Below, in pieces: positions 1 to 12,371 of a DNA stretch of 64,000 bases. The notes beneath the pieces were generated by a model that was not told where the DNA came from, made no database searches, and worked only from the letters and a program-made list of their open reading frames with translations. Every line of letters begins with the position of its first letter. Within the stretch, counting starts at the first letter, position 1. Source of the stretch: Octopus bimaculoides. Its lineage: Eukaryota. The DNA lies in assembly GCF_001194135.2 (NCBI RefSeq), contig NC_069000.1, positions 38,695,748 through 38,759,747 on the forward strand, in the 5' to 3' direction. The position numbers were made by a program, and so were the translations under genes.

Positions 1-120
1 CTTTATTGATCAATAATTGATCTTTACAGCCGTATGAGCCCTTGCAGCATCCCTTCTGCTCTTCTGGAAACAGGTTGTTATTTTCCAGGTGTTTACTCAC
101 TCTCTGCGATATTATTGCAG

Positions 121-440
<320 letters not shown>

Positions 441-530
441 AAGTATCAGTTGAACACTGGGGTCGATATAATCGGCCTTTACCCTTCACCAAATTGGTGC
501 CCTTGTGGAAAAAAATTCGAAATCATTATC
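441..530 (+). mobile_element. SINE family B, 3' fragment
   Basis: aagtatcagttgaacactggggtcgatataatcg...aaattggtgcccttgtg...attattat matches the 3' half of the family-B copies at 52411 and 8317. Confidence 0.75.
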
Positions 531-1777
531 TTTATTATTGGTGTTTTGTTTGTTGTTGCTGTTTTTCAAGTCTGCGAAGATCGATTCAAGATCATTGCCT
601 GTATTGTATTCTCCCTGCTTTTATTATTGCATTTCTTGTCTCCTCCGTCGCCGCCTTCGTCACTGTTCATTTGTTGTTGTTGTTATTATAGTTGTTGTTT
701 ACAGCTATTCGTAGCGTTGTATTGTGGAGTGTAACAACGAACTTACGTGATTTTAAACTATTACGTTTCAATGTTATTGGAATTTTCCCTGTCTCCTTCC
801 CTTATAAAGCTTCGACGTTTTTTTGTTTTTCTTTTCTCCATATCCACTCTTATTAATTCGTTCGGTTTGTTTTGACTGTCATTAGTGAATGATACACGCC
901 CGACTTTTAAAGGAGAAATGACATTTTGCAGAAGACAAATGGTACTTTGATAATTTCCCCCTTGGGATGGGCTTTTATCCACAAGTCTGACGCACCTATC
1001 TCTCTTCTGTTGTACGAAAACAATAATACAATCCAACAGGAGGCGAAAGAACGGTTTACAAATGCCTCGGAGCTGAGGCTAAATATAGCGGCCATTAACA
1101 CCGGAAATAATAATGATAATAATAACAACAACAATAACAGCAACCGCAACAGCAGCAGCCATAACAATAATAACAACAACAGCAACATGAACAAGAACAT
1201 GGCTGGCCGCCTACACGTTTTTCTGCAAAATAGGGGTAGCTTATCCTGTTCAGGCTANNNNNNNNNNNNNNNNNNNNNNNNNNNNNNNNNNNNNNNNNNN
1301 NNNNNNNNNNNNNNNNNNNNNNNNNNNNNNNNNNNNNNNNNNNNNNNNNNNNNNNNNATTTTCTTTTTCTTTATTTTTACTATCAACAGTAAATTGACGA
1401 TGTGGATTTCCCACACATTTGGTTGAAGTTCGCTCGATTTTGTAATTTAGGCGGGAGAAATCACCGTTGTTGATTGACTGAAGCGAAAAGAATAAAAAAG
1501 TAAGTGTTACTTTCTTTTCAAAATCACCTCACACTTCTACTGCCATCTTTTAAATTTGCTTTTCCGACAGTAAACGTTACTGAAACGTGTCCAAGACTCT
1601 TGTCCCCAAAAAGCCAAGACACAAAAGCTTGAACCGACTCATTGGGCACTTGGTTAGTTAAATAGAAAGTAAACAAGAGACACAAGCATTGGAAAGGTGT
1701 CTAAATTATACAAATAAATATAAAATTTCTGGGGAGCATCCAGTACATGAACAAAAATACTACTACTGCTTGTACAA

Positions 1778-1786
1778 CAACAACTA

Positions 1787-1875
<89 letters not shown>

Positions 1876-1930
1876 GCTAATAATAATAATAATAATAGCA
1901 ATAACAACAACGACAACAACAAAACAGCAA
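1778..1930. repeat. Compound (ACT)n/(AAT)n/(AAC)n microsatellite
   Basis: Seen directly in the sequence. Confidence 0.95.
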
Positions 1931-2391
1931 CAATAATGATAGAAAACAGAGCTTTCTGAAAATAATGGCAAATATGTAAGATTCAAAGAGAAAACAAAAG
2001 GTGCAGAAGCCATACGAATTATTCAAATGCAAAACAAAGGAATGTTAGTAAAGATGAAAGAAACAAGAATACAATCACCCAAAGCATCAAAAGATACAAC
2101 AATTTGAATATCTTCAAAGAGAACGGTTCCTGCAATGTTAGCGATAAGTCATTTCTGTCGCGACGTGTTAAAATAAACGTTAGTCAATGCAAAAGGCAAT
2201 GTTAGACATACGAGCAAAATTAAATACCAAACAAATGAATATTCTTCCTTCTTCGAGGCGAATACACTATTTTCATGTATAACACTTTAAACGAATTTAT
2301 ATTTTAAGATATTGATCGGATGTTTTGCAATATAATCATAACAATATCTTGCTTTCCTGTGTCCTAGTTTTATTTAAACACTGTTCTTTAT

Positions 2392-2512
2392 TGACATTAT
2401 TTACGTTTGACGGATATTTCTTTTCATCTTGCTAACACAACATTTCGGCTGGGGTAATTTCGAACCTGGTTTCTCATTCCTATAGGTTCTTTTTCGGATG
2501 TTGTTGTTGTTA

Positions 2513-2543
<31 letters not shown>

Positions 2544-2600
2544 TATTATTATTCAGGCCACTGCCTGGAATCTCTTAACCACTACGCAATATGCCCGTGG
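2392..2600 (-). mobile_element. tRNA-headed repeat carrying the hammerhead module, with the HHR core deleted
   Basis: 2392-2500 aligns with 39680-39811 but lacks about 30 nt containing the HHR core. Across an (AAT)n linker, 2553-2600 reads on minus as a truncated tRNA-like head (A-box-like TTGCGTAGTGG, half B-box GATTCC). Confidence 0.75.
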
Positions 2601-2654
2601 GGGTTTATGGAGTGAATTTTAGGGCTTATAAACCTAATATTTTCCTGTCATTCC

Positions 2655-2656
<2 letters not shown>

Positions 2657-2731
<75 letters not shown>
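2657..2731. repeat. (AAT)n microsatellite
   Basis: Perfect AAT run. Confidence 0.98.
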
Positions 2732-2924
2732 TGTTTATTGTCCATTGAACTGAAACAAGATTTTAGACTGTCTTCTTGAGATTGAAAGCAAGACAAGAAT
2801 ATTGAAAAATGAAAATCACATAGCAATGCGGAAATTCAAAATTTCAACTGAATGTGACTTGTTCTTTATTTGTAGATGTGTGATTCGCCCAGAATAACTT
2901 CTTAGATTCTTTGTTTACCTTGTA

Positions 2925-3100
2925 TTGGATTGGCCAAAAATGTCCGTTCGGTTTTTGTCGAAACTAAAATCCAAGCGCTCTAAAAAGTAGTTAACTTCAA
3001 TCTATTCCTTGCACAAGTACACTCGTTAAATACTTGACAATTCATGGTAGTACGACGCAAAATTGCATCGTGAAAGGTTGTACGTTTAGTGTTTAGGATC
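2925..3100. mobile_element. mariner-like transposon end (relic)
   Basis: TATTGGATTGGCCAAAAATGTCCGTTCGGTTTT resembles mariner TIRs with a TA flank; no partner TIR found. Confidence 0.5.
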
Positions 3101-3664
3101 ACCCTAAAATCTAGGTAACCCAAACAAACATTATCTACTTCTCAAGATTTTTCGTTTGGAAAAGCAAAGGAAAGAAAACAGCGAAAACCCGTGGAAAGCT
3201 ATGCGATATATATGAGGATGATGCTGTTATGGGAATATGTGTCCAAGAAATGGTTTTTAAGATTTCGATCGGGAAAATTTCCGGTCGTCGTTCTAGCCAT
3301 CCAAATGAGATTAACAGCGAAAGAGGAATCAGTCGACACCAACTTCCATTATATATGTAACTGTGTGCACGAGTATACGCGTGTGATATGCATACGATGA
3401 TAGAGAGATAGAGAGAGAATACAGATTGATATTGTTGTTCTAACGTCTAACAACAGTGTTGAGAAATGTATGTACATACATATAAATATACATAGAGGGA
3501 GCGGTATGGGTGGGGAAAGAGGGAGAAGGAAAAGTGGAGAAATAGAGAGAAGCAGAGAAATAGAGTTGGGGAGAGAAAGAGGAAGGAGGCGAAAAAGAGA
3601 TAGGAAACGTTGTGAGCAAAACCTGAAATTATACTACAGACGGACAGGTTTCACGATTTTTAAA

Positions 3665-3858
3665 ACCCTTTCTACTATAGGCAGACGGCCTGCAAATTTG
3701 GAGTTAAGTCCATTTCATCGATTTCAGTACCCCACTGATATTTAAATTATAGATCCCGAAAGGGATGAAAGGCATAGTCGACCTCGGCGTAGAGATGGAC
3801 GAAATACCTCTAAGCATTTAGTACAGCGTGCTAGCGATACTACCAGCTCGTTGACTTA
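3665..3858 (-). mobile_element. SINE family B (tRNA-derived)
   Basis: Reverse complement of the family-B sequence (gatgaaaggcatagtcgacctcggcg...gtgctagcgatactaccagctcg). Confidence 0.8.
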
Positions 3859-5035
3859 GGTTTCACAAAAAAACATATAATAATGATTCAAATCTCGTGT
3901 TTAGATATTGCGTAGCATCTTTCATCCCTCTCGACCGTTTTGTATAACATATCTGTCTCACCACATGCACACACACAAATACAAACACACACACACACAC
4001 ACACTTGTGCATATATATGTATCTCTGTCAACGCACATACACACGTACGCATGCACACACACACACATATACACCTGCACAAGCAAACAGTCGTTGGACG
4101 CCCATTCACATCCGAGTACCGAATAAGAATACTTTGTGTTTGTTGTATATTCGTTTCGAAGGTAACCAATTATTGTAGATGCAGGGTGCACCTATCTCTC
4201 TCACCCTCTCGCCGTAGAAAACAACTCTGATATACAATATTTCTGGGCCGCTACTTAAAGTTAGGGATGCATGAACGTTACAGAGTTGTTTACCTACAAA
4301 TACGCGAGTCTGGTAAGAAAATAAAAATCCTATTATTTCTATTGAGTCGGCCAGCAGCATCTTTTAGAAACTCAGCGTAGTCCTGCCTCTAATAATATTA
4401 GTTACATTAGTAAATTTATATATTACTTTGTCCAAACTACGTTTGTCAGATTTATGGGATAAAACCCAAGTATTGATGCATAGTGCTCTACGACATCCAT
4501 CAAAATTAAAATCCTTCAGCTTCGAAGTGAATTCATTCACATCGATATTTAATGCATTCCTCCATTATCCTGTTTCTATAACAACAGCCAAGTACCAAAA
4601 TCGTTTCATTAAAATTTCCGTATCTCCTGTATAACATCGGCATATCAGACAGAAATTACATACTGTGAATAGTGAAATAATTATACTTCTTACATACGGT
4701 TTCTTATAGAACAGCTGGATATCCATTCCTTTTTCAAACTATTCAATGTTTATTTTGTTCGAAATCGCAAAGAAATGTCGTTAAGCCTACGCATATCTAC
4801 ATTTACGTTGCAAACCCATGTTTGACAACTTTGAGTAGTTTATTGAATTTAGTTTATTGTATTTAGTTGATATAACGAGAGATGTAACAACATAAAAACC
4901 GATAAAAAAATCTAATCTATCAGCTAGGAAAAAAATGTCCAAAGTAAAATACTTTTAGGTTAGCTATCAAACGAGTACTGAGGTAGTCACAAACATGCCA
5001 AACCCTGTAAAACAAGGTACTGCAGTTCGTACAGA

Positions 5036-5365
5036 GGAGGCACAATGGCCCAGTGGTTAGGACAACATACTCGCAGTCATAGTATCGCAGTTTCGATTCT
5101 CAGACAGGGTGTTGTGAGTTTTATTGGGTGAAAACGCTTAAAGTTCCACGAGGTTCCGGCAGGGGTGGTGGCAAACCCTGCTATACTCTTTCGCCACAAC
5201 TTTCTCTCACTCTTTCTTCCTGTGCCACGCTGAATTTCTACGTGAACTACGTTAAGGGCACACGTGTCTGTAGAGTGCTCAGCCACTTGCACATTAATTT
5301 CACGAGCAGGCTGTACCGTTGATCGGATGAACTGGGACCCTCCTCGTCGTAATCTACGGAGTGCC
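5036..5365 (+). mobile_element. tRNA-derived SINE, family E
   Basis: A box (tggcccagtgg) and B box (gtttcgattctc) followed by a roughly 250-bp GC-richer body unrelated to tRNA. Confidence 0.75.
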
Positions 5366-5454
5366 ACGAGTTCGTACAGAGGTCATTAATCAAATAAACT
5401 ACACATTTTAGTTGCCCCAATTGACTTGAGGCCGGCCCTGCGTACATATATACC

Positions 5455-5755
5455 AATTCGAAGACTACAGATCCAATCCATCACTGGAACTGTAAAAACC
5501 TGTAAAACCTCCCAGCAGTTTATAATTTAAATATATATGAGCATGTCTAGATATGCAACTATATGCATGAAAAGACATAGATAAAGCAAAACATAAATCT
5601 GCACATATACATATATACAAAAAAATACCTTGTCGTTGATGTTGAAATTCCAATGGGGGAGCCTTGAGACTATGTGAGAAACAGGCTCTTTCTTTATCGG
5701 AAAGAAATCTTGAAATAAAACTGAACAATGCCATACATACATACATACATATACT
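5455..5755 (+). mobile_element. 3' end of a REL-type non-LTR retrotransposon with (CATA)n tail
   Basis: Translates IRRLQIQSITGTVKTCKT; same sequence as 31100-31190 (-) and 55421-55585 (-). Confidence 0.8.
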
Positions 5756-5970
5756 AAATCCAATAAACCACTCGAAGTTCACAAACATGGGTTTGTAAAG
5801 TTAATGTAGAGATGCGTAGGTTTAAGAACATTTCCTTTCGATTTCAATAAAATGAACATTGAGCAAATTGGGAAGCTATGTGTGACTTTACCCTACACGG
5901 GTAAAATCACACATTTGAACATCGAGCGTTAGGGACCGGTTTTACACAAGCCATACCCACTATAATAACA

Positions 5971-6017
5971 TCTGCAGACTAGACTAGTTTCGGGGTATTG
6001 CCCCTTGTCAATGCAGA
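5971..6017 (-). ncRNA. Type-I hammerhead ribozyme, U3:A8 core variant
   Basis: Minus strand TCTGCA-TTGACAA-GGGG caata CCCC-GAAA-CTA gtc TAG-TC-TGCAGA: 6-bp helix I, 4-bp helix II, 4-bp helix III, GUC cleavage triplet. Confidence 0.75.
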
Positions 6018-6462
6018 GCAGCCGAACCCAGTAGGCGTCGCTACTGACTGTCTGTACGAAGGTTATTTATCTAATTTCAGTGGAATACATCCACTGGTTT
6101 TCAGAAATAGAGATATTAATATTTCTAAGTCTCTCTAAAGGAGACTACGGCAGCGGTACTGTCTAGTCTGCAGATGCCAAACCAGCAAGGGGAAGCTGCT
6201 GATCTCCCCTGTTCGAAGGTTGTAAAGGATACAGGTTTGTGTGTCACATAGCTAGCTAGAGGCGATGGCCTCTTGGAGCTAATCAACGGCAGCATTCGTC
6301 CTATTCTTTTGGACTGCCATGTTGGCTTGGCGATAACTATATATNNNNNNNNNNNNNNNNNNNNNNNNNNNNNNNNNNNNNNNNNNNNNNNNNNNNNNNN
6401 NNNNNNNNNNNNNNNNNNNNNNNNNNNNNNNNNNNNNNNNNNNNNNNNNNNNNNNNNNNNAT

Positions 6463-6630
6463 ATACGACAGGCGTCTTTCAATTTCCGTCTACCAAATCC
6501 ACTCACAAGGCTTTGGTCGGCCCGAGGCTATAGTAGAGGACACTTGCCCAAGGTGCCACGCAGTGGGACTGAACCCAGAATCATGTGGTTGGTAAGCAAG
6601 CTACTTACCACACAGCCACCCCTGCGCCTA
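6463..6630 (-). mobile_element. SINE family A (tRNA head plus CORE-like segment)
   Basis: Minus strand taggcgcaggggtggctgtgtggtaag...gggttcagtcccactgcgtggcaccttgggcaagtgtc; ccttgggcaagt resembles the CORE-SINE core. Confidence 0.9.
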
Positions 6631-6662
<32 letters not shown>

Positions 6663-7631
6663 ACTTTAGGGGGAACCAAAAGAAACTGGAATTTTGCAAT
6701 ATCATTCTATTCACTTAGTTTTACATGATTACACTTTTATCGCCTTGAAAGTATGTACTGGAGTCGACCTGTTCGACTATTCAACTGAACCTTTCGATAA
6801 CGCGTCTCAGCATGGTCACAATAGACTGAATGAAACGACTAAGTCACAATCATAAAATATTAAAATATCTTTGCTTCTTGCAGATACTATAGTCTTATAC
6901 TATAGTCTTATACTATTTCTATTGACAGAGAATTTGGTAGTATTTTCATAAAGAAGTTTTGTTCTTTTTATTTTTACATCAATATCTGGCTGATTACCAA
7001 ATCTCCTTGTGAAATTTAGAGATATTTTATTCGAAAAACTTTCTTAAACTTGCTATTAAAGCCGTAATTGTTCACGACTTTCGTAAAGATTATTGATATT
7101 TTAACAACGTATTGATTAGAAGATTGTAAATAAACACATCAGGCGATAATTTTTATAATTAATTGTTTGAATGCCGTGTAGAGACAACAACATTCATCTT
7201 ATTTCTGATCGATATATTCTTTATTGTGTCCAAATTATTCTATTTTGTTTCCGTTGTATATCTCAATTCGTTAGAAAACACACACACGCACGCACGCACG
7301 CACACACACACACACACACACACACGCGCGCACGCACGCACACACATACACAGAGGAATAAGTGTATATACAGATACATATGTTTATATATTTTATATAG
7401 TATATANNNNNNNNNNNNNNNNNNNNNNNNNNNNNNNNNNNNNNNNNNNNNNNNNNNNNNNNNNNNNNNNNNNNNNNNNNNNNNNNNNNNNNNNNNNNNN
7501 NNNNNNNNNNNNNNNNNNNNNNNNNNNNNNNNNNNNNNNNNNNNNNNNNNNNNNNNNNNNNNNNNNNNNNNNNNNNNNNNNNNNNNNNNNNNNNNNNNNN
7601 NNNNNNNNNNNNNNNNNNNNNNNNNNNNNNN

Positions 7632-7665
<34 letters not shown>

Positions 7666-7815
7666 TATATGCATATATATACATGTGTACATATATAACC
7701 GAGATAATATTAATATATACATAAATTAATATATGTACATATATGTATATGTATGTGTATATATATATATACACGCATATATACATATATCTATCCTATC
7801 TATCAACATACATAC

Positions 7816-7853
<38 letters not shown>

Positions 7854-8316
7854 AAGAACCAGATTAGGGTATAATCGATATTTTTCCTAGAGTTAGTTAG
7901 ATAAACAAAATAGTTTATTCACGAATATACTGTTCGATCGAAAAATCGATAAAGGACAATATCTGCTTTCTTCGCTAAGCCGAAACATATAGTTTATTTT
8001 TCATAACCAATTTCGTAATACATATTTAGGAGATTATATTATTGCCTCAATATCCTCTTCATTTATTTCTCGATAAAAAAAGAAAAAACACCGTCGGATC
8101 ACTCATGGGAAAAATTATTCCATCAAGCCTGACTGTCTCTTAATTTACAGACACAGAAAATATAGGGCTATATTACGTAATCTTTTTGAGGGGACAAAAT
8201 ACAAAATGCAAAGACAAAGAAACAAACAAAACTCTCCCATGTCGAATTAACTATGCAATACAATTCGGTCACCATTGTTAGGTTATGAGGGGAAATAATA
8301 CCTATGGAATGACGAA

Positions 8317-8535
8317 ATAATCCTTTCTACAATATGCAAAAGGCCAGAAATTGGGGGGAGGGGACTAGTCGATCCCATCGACCACAGGATTTCACTGGTA
8401 CTTATCTCATTAACACCAAAATGATGAAAGGCAAAGTCGGTCCCAGCGGAATTTGAACTGAGAACGTAGCTACGGGCAAAATAACGTTTAGCATTTCGCC
8501 CAGCGTGCTAACGATTCTGCCAGCTCTCTGCCTTA
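8317..8535 (-). mobile_element. SINE family B, near full length
   Basis: Head aaggcagagagctggcagaatcgttagcacg, B box gttcaaattcc, 3' end gtagaaaggattatt. Confidence 0.85.
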
Positions 8536-9378
8536 AGAGTTCAGAAATAAAGACGGACTAACTAATCGAAAAGGATATAAAGTAACCCTTGCCTATTATT
8601 GTAAGACATATGGCGCCTCCCTGGTTGTATCTAGTAATTACTTCACCAGTGTATCTGTGAATCCATAGTACAATAGATCAAGATAAGGATGGTGATAAAA
8701 AGAAAATGCATACCCGTACAATGCATACTCAAGTTGTTTACTTTATGGGTTTAGTTTTATCTTCAAATTACGGATGGGGGGGGGGGATAGAGTACAATCA
8801 CAGTCTGATCTAACAAAGAACTTGTTCAAAATAATCGCCTGATGAAGCACATTCAAGCATTTTCTGGATGGTGCAGGATGCACAATATGTTAATTATATA
8901 TTTGTTCTAGTGTAGGATAAATGGCGACAACCGGACCTGATACCTGATGTCTTTCTATATTACTCTTTTGAATAGATCTTTCCTATTTGTTTTACTTTTC
9001 CTAAGGTATTTCTTCTGTTATAATATGGTTGCCTTCTTTAATCAACCAGCCAAGACACCATAAAGTAAATAAGACTGTGATTTGAAGAAATTGAAAGTAT
9101 TTTTCTCTTTACACTAATGGGTTTTGCAAACAGCCTTTCTATATTCTATGATTCTTCCGATAACTTCACAGCTTGGTGTGCTGGTTAACTTAATTTTTTT
9201 ACGTTACCTGTCTATGTGTTTATCTAAAATCTCCCGAATATGGTGGATTTTTGTAATGAAGTTATATAATAATTCGTCAATACACATACACGCACACACA
9301 GAAACGCACACACACACACATTAATATATGTATATATGTACATATATATATATATGTTTGCATGCAGGTATATTTAGC

Positions 9379-9412
<34 letters not shown>

Positions 9413-9497
9413 TAAAAATAAATACAAAAAAAGGGTTTTGTATGATCGTGTATAGAGGAATATATTATTTTATTTAAAAGAGTTCCAGCTCTGTCAG

Positions 9498-9650
9498 TTT
9501 TTTATGTTTTATTTATATTCTTGTAAAATTAATGTGGGATATAAAATATGGAATATAAAAATGGGTGGTACAATGAAATGAAGTATTGAATGTCTTATTG
9601 AATATATGAAATATTGAGTGTTCAATATAAAGAATTAAACATATAAAGGC
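9498..9650 (-). mobile_element. AT-rich repeat homologous to 18420-18641 (HHR-associated family)
   Basis: Shared blocks ttttatgttttatttatattc, aatgtggg.tata.aatatggaatata and gaaatattgagtgttcaatataaag. Confidence 0.8.
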
Positions 9651-10676
9651 ACATTTCTATATATATATGNNNNNNNNNNNNNNNNNNNNNNNNNNNNNNN
9701 NNNNNNNNNNNNNNNNNNNNNNNNNNNNNNNNNNNNNNNNNNNNNNNNNNNNNNNNNNNNNNNNNNNNNNNNNNNNNNNNNNNNNNNNNNNNNNNNNNNN
9801 NNNNNNNNNNNNNNNNNNNNNNNNNNNNNNNNNNNNNNNNNNNNNNNNNNNNNNNNNNNNNNNNNNNNNNNNNNNNNNNNNNNNNNNNNNNNNNNNNNNN
9901 NNNNNNNNNNNNNNNNNNNNNNNNNNNNNNNNNNNNNNNNNNNNNNNNNNNNNNNNNNNNNNNNNNNNNNNNNNNNNNNNNNNNNNNNNNNNNNNNNNNN
10001 NNNNNNNNNNNNNNNNNNNNNNNNNNNNNNNNNNNNNNNNNNNNNNNNNNNNNNNNNNNNNNNNNNNNNNNNNNNNNNNNNNNNNNNNNNNNNNNNNNNN
10101 NNNNNNNNNNNNNNNNNNNNNNNNNNNNNNNNNNNNNNNNNNNNNNNNNNNNNNNNNNNNNNNNNNNNNNNNNNNNNNNNNNNNNNNNNNNNNNNNNNNN
10201 NNNNNNNNNNNNNNNNNNNNNNNNNNNNNNNNNNNNNNNNNNNNNNNNNNNNNNNNNNNNNNNNNNNNNNNNNNNNNNNNNNNNNNNNNNNNNNNNNNNN
10301 NNNNNNNNNNNNNNNNNNNNNNNNNNNNNNNNNNNNNNNNNNNNNNNNNNNNNNNNNNNNNNNNNNNNNNNNNNNNNNNNNNNNNNNNNNNNNNNNNNNN
10401 NNNNNNNNNNNNNNNNNNNNNNNNNNNNNNNNNNNNNNNNNNNNNNNNNNNNNNNNNNNNNNNNNNNNNNNNNNNNNNNNNNNNNNNNNNNNNNNNNNNN
10501 NNNNNNNNNNNNNNNNNNNNNNNNNNNNNNNNNNNNNNNNNNNNNNNNNNNNNNNNNNNNNNNNNNNNNNNNNNNNNNNNNNNNNNNNTATATATATACA
10601 CGTAAGTATATTGTGGTGGAATAAATTCAGAGTTTACAATATACACTAATTGTAGTACTGAATTTTACTTCTTTGT

Positions 10677-10830
<154 letters not shown>

Positions 10831-12035
10831 GCTGTTGTTGCTCTCGTTCTTATGTTATATACTATAGTTATTATTCAACTGATATAATATGTAGATTAAC
10901 ATCATTATAATAGTATGAATGATGTTTTTACAGTGAAAGTATACATCGATATTTTGAATTTTTCATTGATTTGTGATAACTGGCTTACAATATCCCAGTA
11001 AAGAAGTATGTGTGTTGATGGACAATCATTATGTGTGATTCCTAGATATATTTGACTATAATATATCGTAGAATGATAATTCAGTAACAAGTCTGGATAA
11101 TAATTGTCAAATTGTCTGGTTAATATTTTCCAAGTGATTTACCTTCAATTGTGCGACTCATTCGTGTTTGGTTATTCTCGCCAATGTCCAAATATAGCAA
11201 AAACAACATACTCAACTTTTTGTTTAATTCTCCAATAAAATGCGACAGTAATTCAGTTATTCTTTCACTTTTTTCTGAAATTCTGAATAAATATTTTGAT
11301 GTAGAAATATTTTCCCATCCTGCCTCACTTTTCTACGTTAAATTCGATCTTGGTTATGATGCATCTTTCTCTCCTCATATCGAACAAAACACATTCTGTA
11401 TTTTTGTTTAGAATTAAATACAGACGCGTATTCTAAAGGATAAGGTATTGAACACACGGTCTTCAGGCTCGTAGTTCGGTATTCAGACTAAGCGTCCTTG
11501 AGCAACGTTGGTCCAGTAAACTTCATTTGAAATGGGTGCAATTGGCATTTTGAGGGTCAAACAGGTAATAGTCTCGCATGCCGTTTAAAGGGGTATCTTA
11601 TACTGTTAATCTAAATGATTTAAAATGTGGCGTAAGCAGTGAATTCGTGAGCTTGAAGGTTGCAGCAAAATTTTGCTACCATAGAAAGTGTTTCAAAGAC
11701 CATTGTATTATTATCTGATTGTATTTCAATCAAGTTTCTCTTGCGACCATCCTGAAGAAAGATATGCGCTTTCAGCAAATATTATTTATTTCAATACAAA
11801 TGTATATTTCTTCATCAACTAAACACGGCCATAATAATGTATTTTGAAATAAAACCCATACATGAACACATGATGGTGTTAACGCATTGATTCAGTGACA
11901 AGCACGAAGGCGCTTCTTTAACGAAGACAATATGCAATTTCAATTCCTGAGATTGGTGTAATCGAAAGAGTCCTTCCAGCTAATTGCTTTCCTCAAGCGT
12001 TCACAAGACATTCTCCACATCTTCATCCTCATCAC

Positions 12036-12054
12036 ACTCATCATCATTATCATT

Positions 12055-12124
<70 letters not shown>
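12036..12124. repeat. (ATC)n microsatellite
   Basis: Seen directly; source of the poly-M ORF. Confidence 0.97.
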
Positions 12125-12125
<1 letters not shown>

Positions 12126-12199
12126 GGTTGTTTCTGTTATTTATACAGAGCAGTTGAAAAATTGTTAACACACCGGAAATAATGGGTTAATGCATTTTT

Positions 12200-12324
12200 A
12201 TGCATTTTCACGTTCAAATTCCGCCTAGGTTGCCTGTACTTGTCATCCTTTCGGGGTCGATGAAATAAGCATCAGTTTAAACTCGACTATCTCCTTCCCA
12301 CTAGATTTCAGGCATTATATAATG

Positions 12325-12330
<6 letters not shown>
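12200..12330 (+). mobile_element. SINE family B, partial
   Basis: gttcaaattccgcc...catcctttcggggtcgat...ending in an (ATT)n run. Confidence 0.75.

Positions 12331-12371
<41 letters not shown>

Noticed and set aside
926-1426. 166-aa Asn-rich ORF
   Set aside because: Non-ATG start, microsatellite core, crosses a gap, and no recognisable domain.
1552-1594. AGTAA/TTACT hairpin followed by GAAACGTGTC
   Set aside because: The 3' half looks hammerhead-like but the CUGANGA core is absent; at best an ancient remnant.
5036-5110. tRNA-like heads as true tRNA genes
   Set aside because: A and B boxes are present but the cloverleaf is imperfect and continues into repeat bodies; these are SINE heads.
8835-8870. 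CTGATGA motif (also 35725, 58232, 63234; CTGAAGA at 11753 and 44243)
   Set aside because: No correctly placed helix II plus GAAA plus NUH, so not hammerheads.
9657-10646. ORFs of 300 aa or more made of X
   Set aside because: They span N-gaps (also 14269, 17478, 33130, 47404, 49858) and carry no sequence information.
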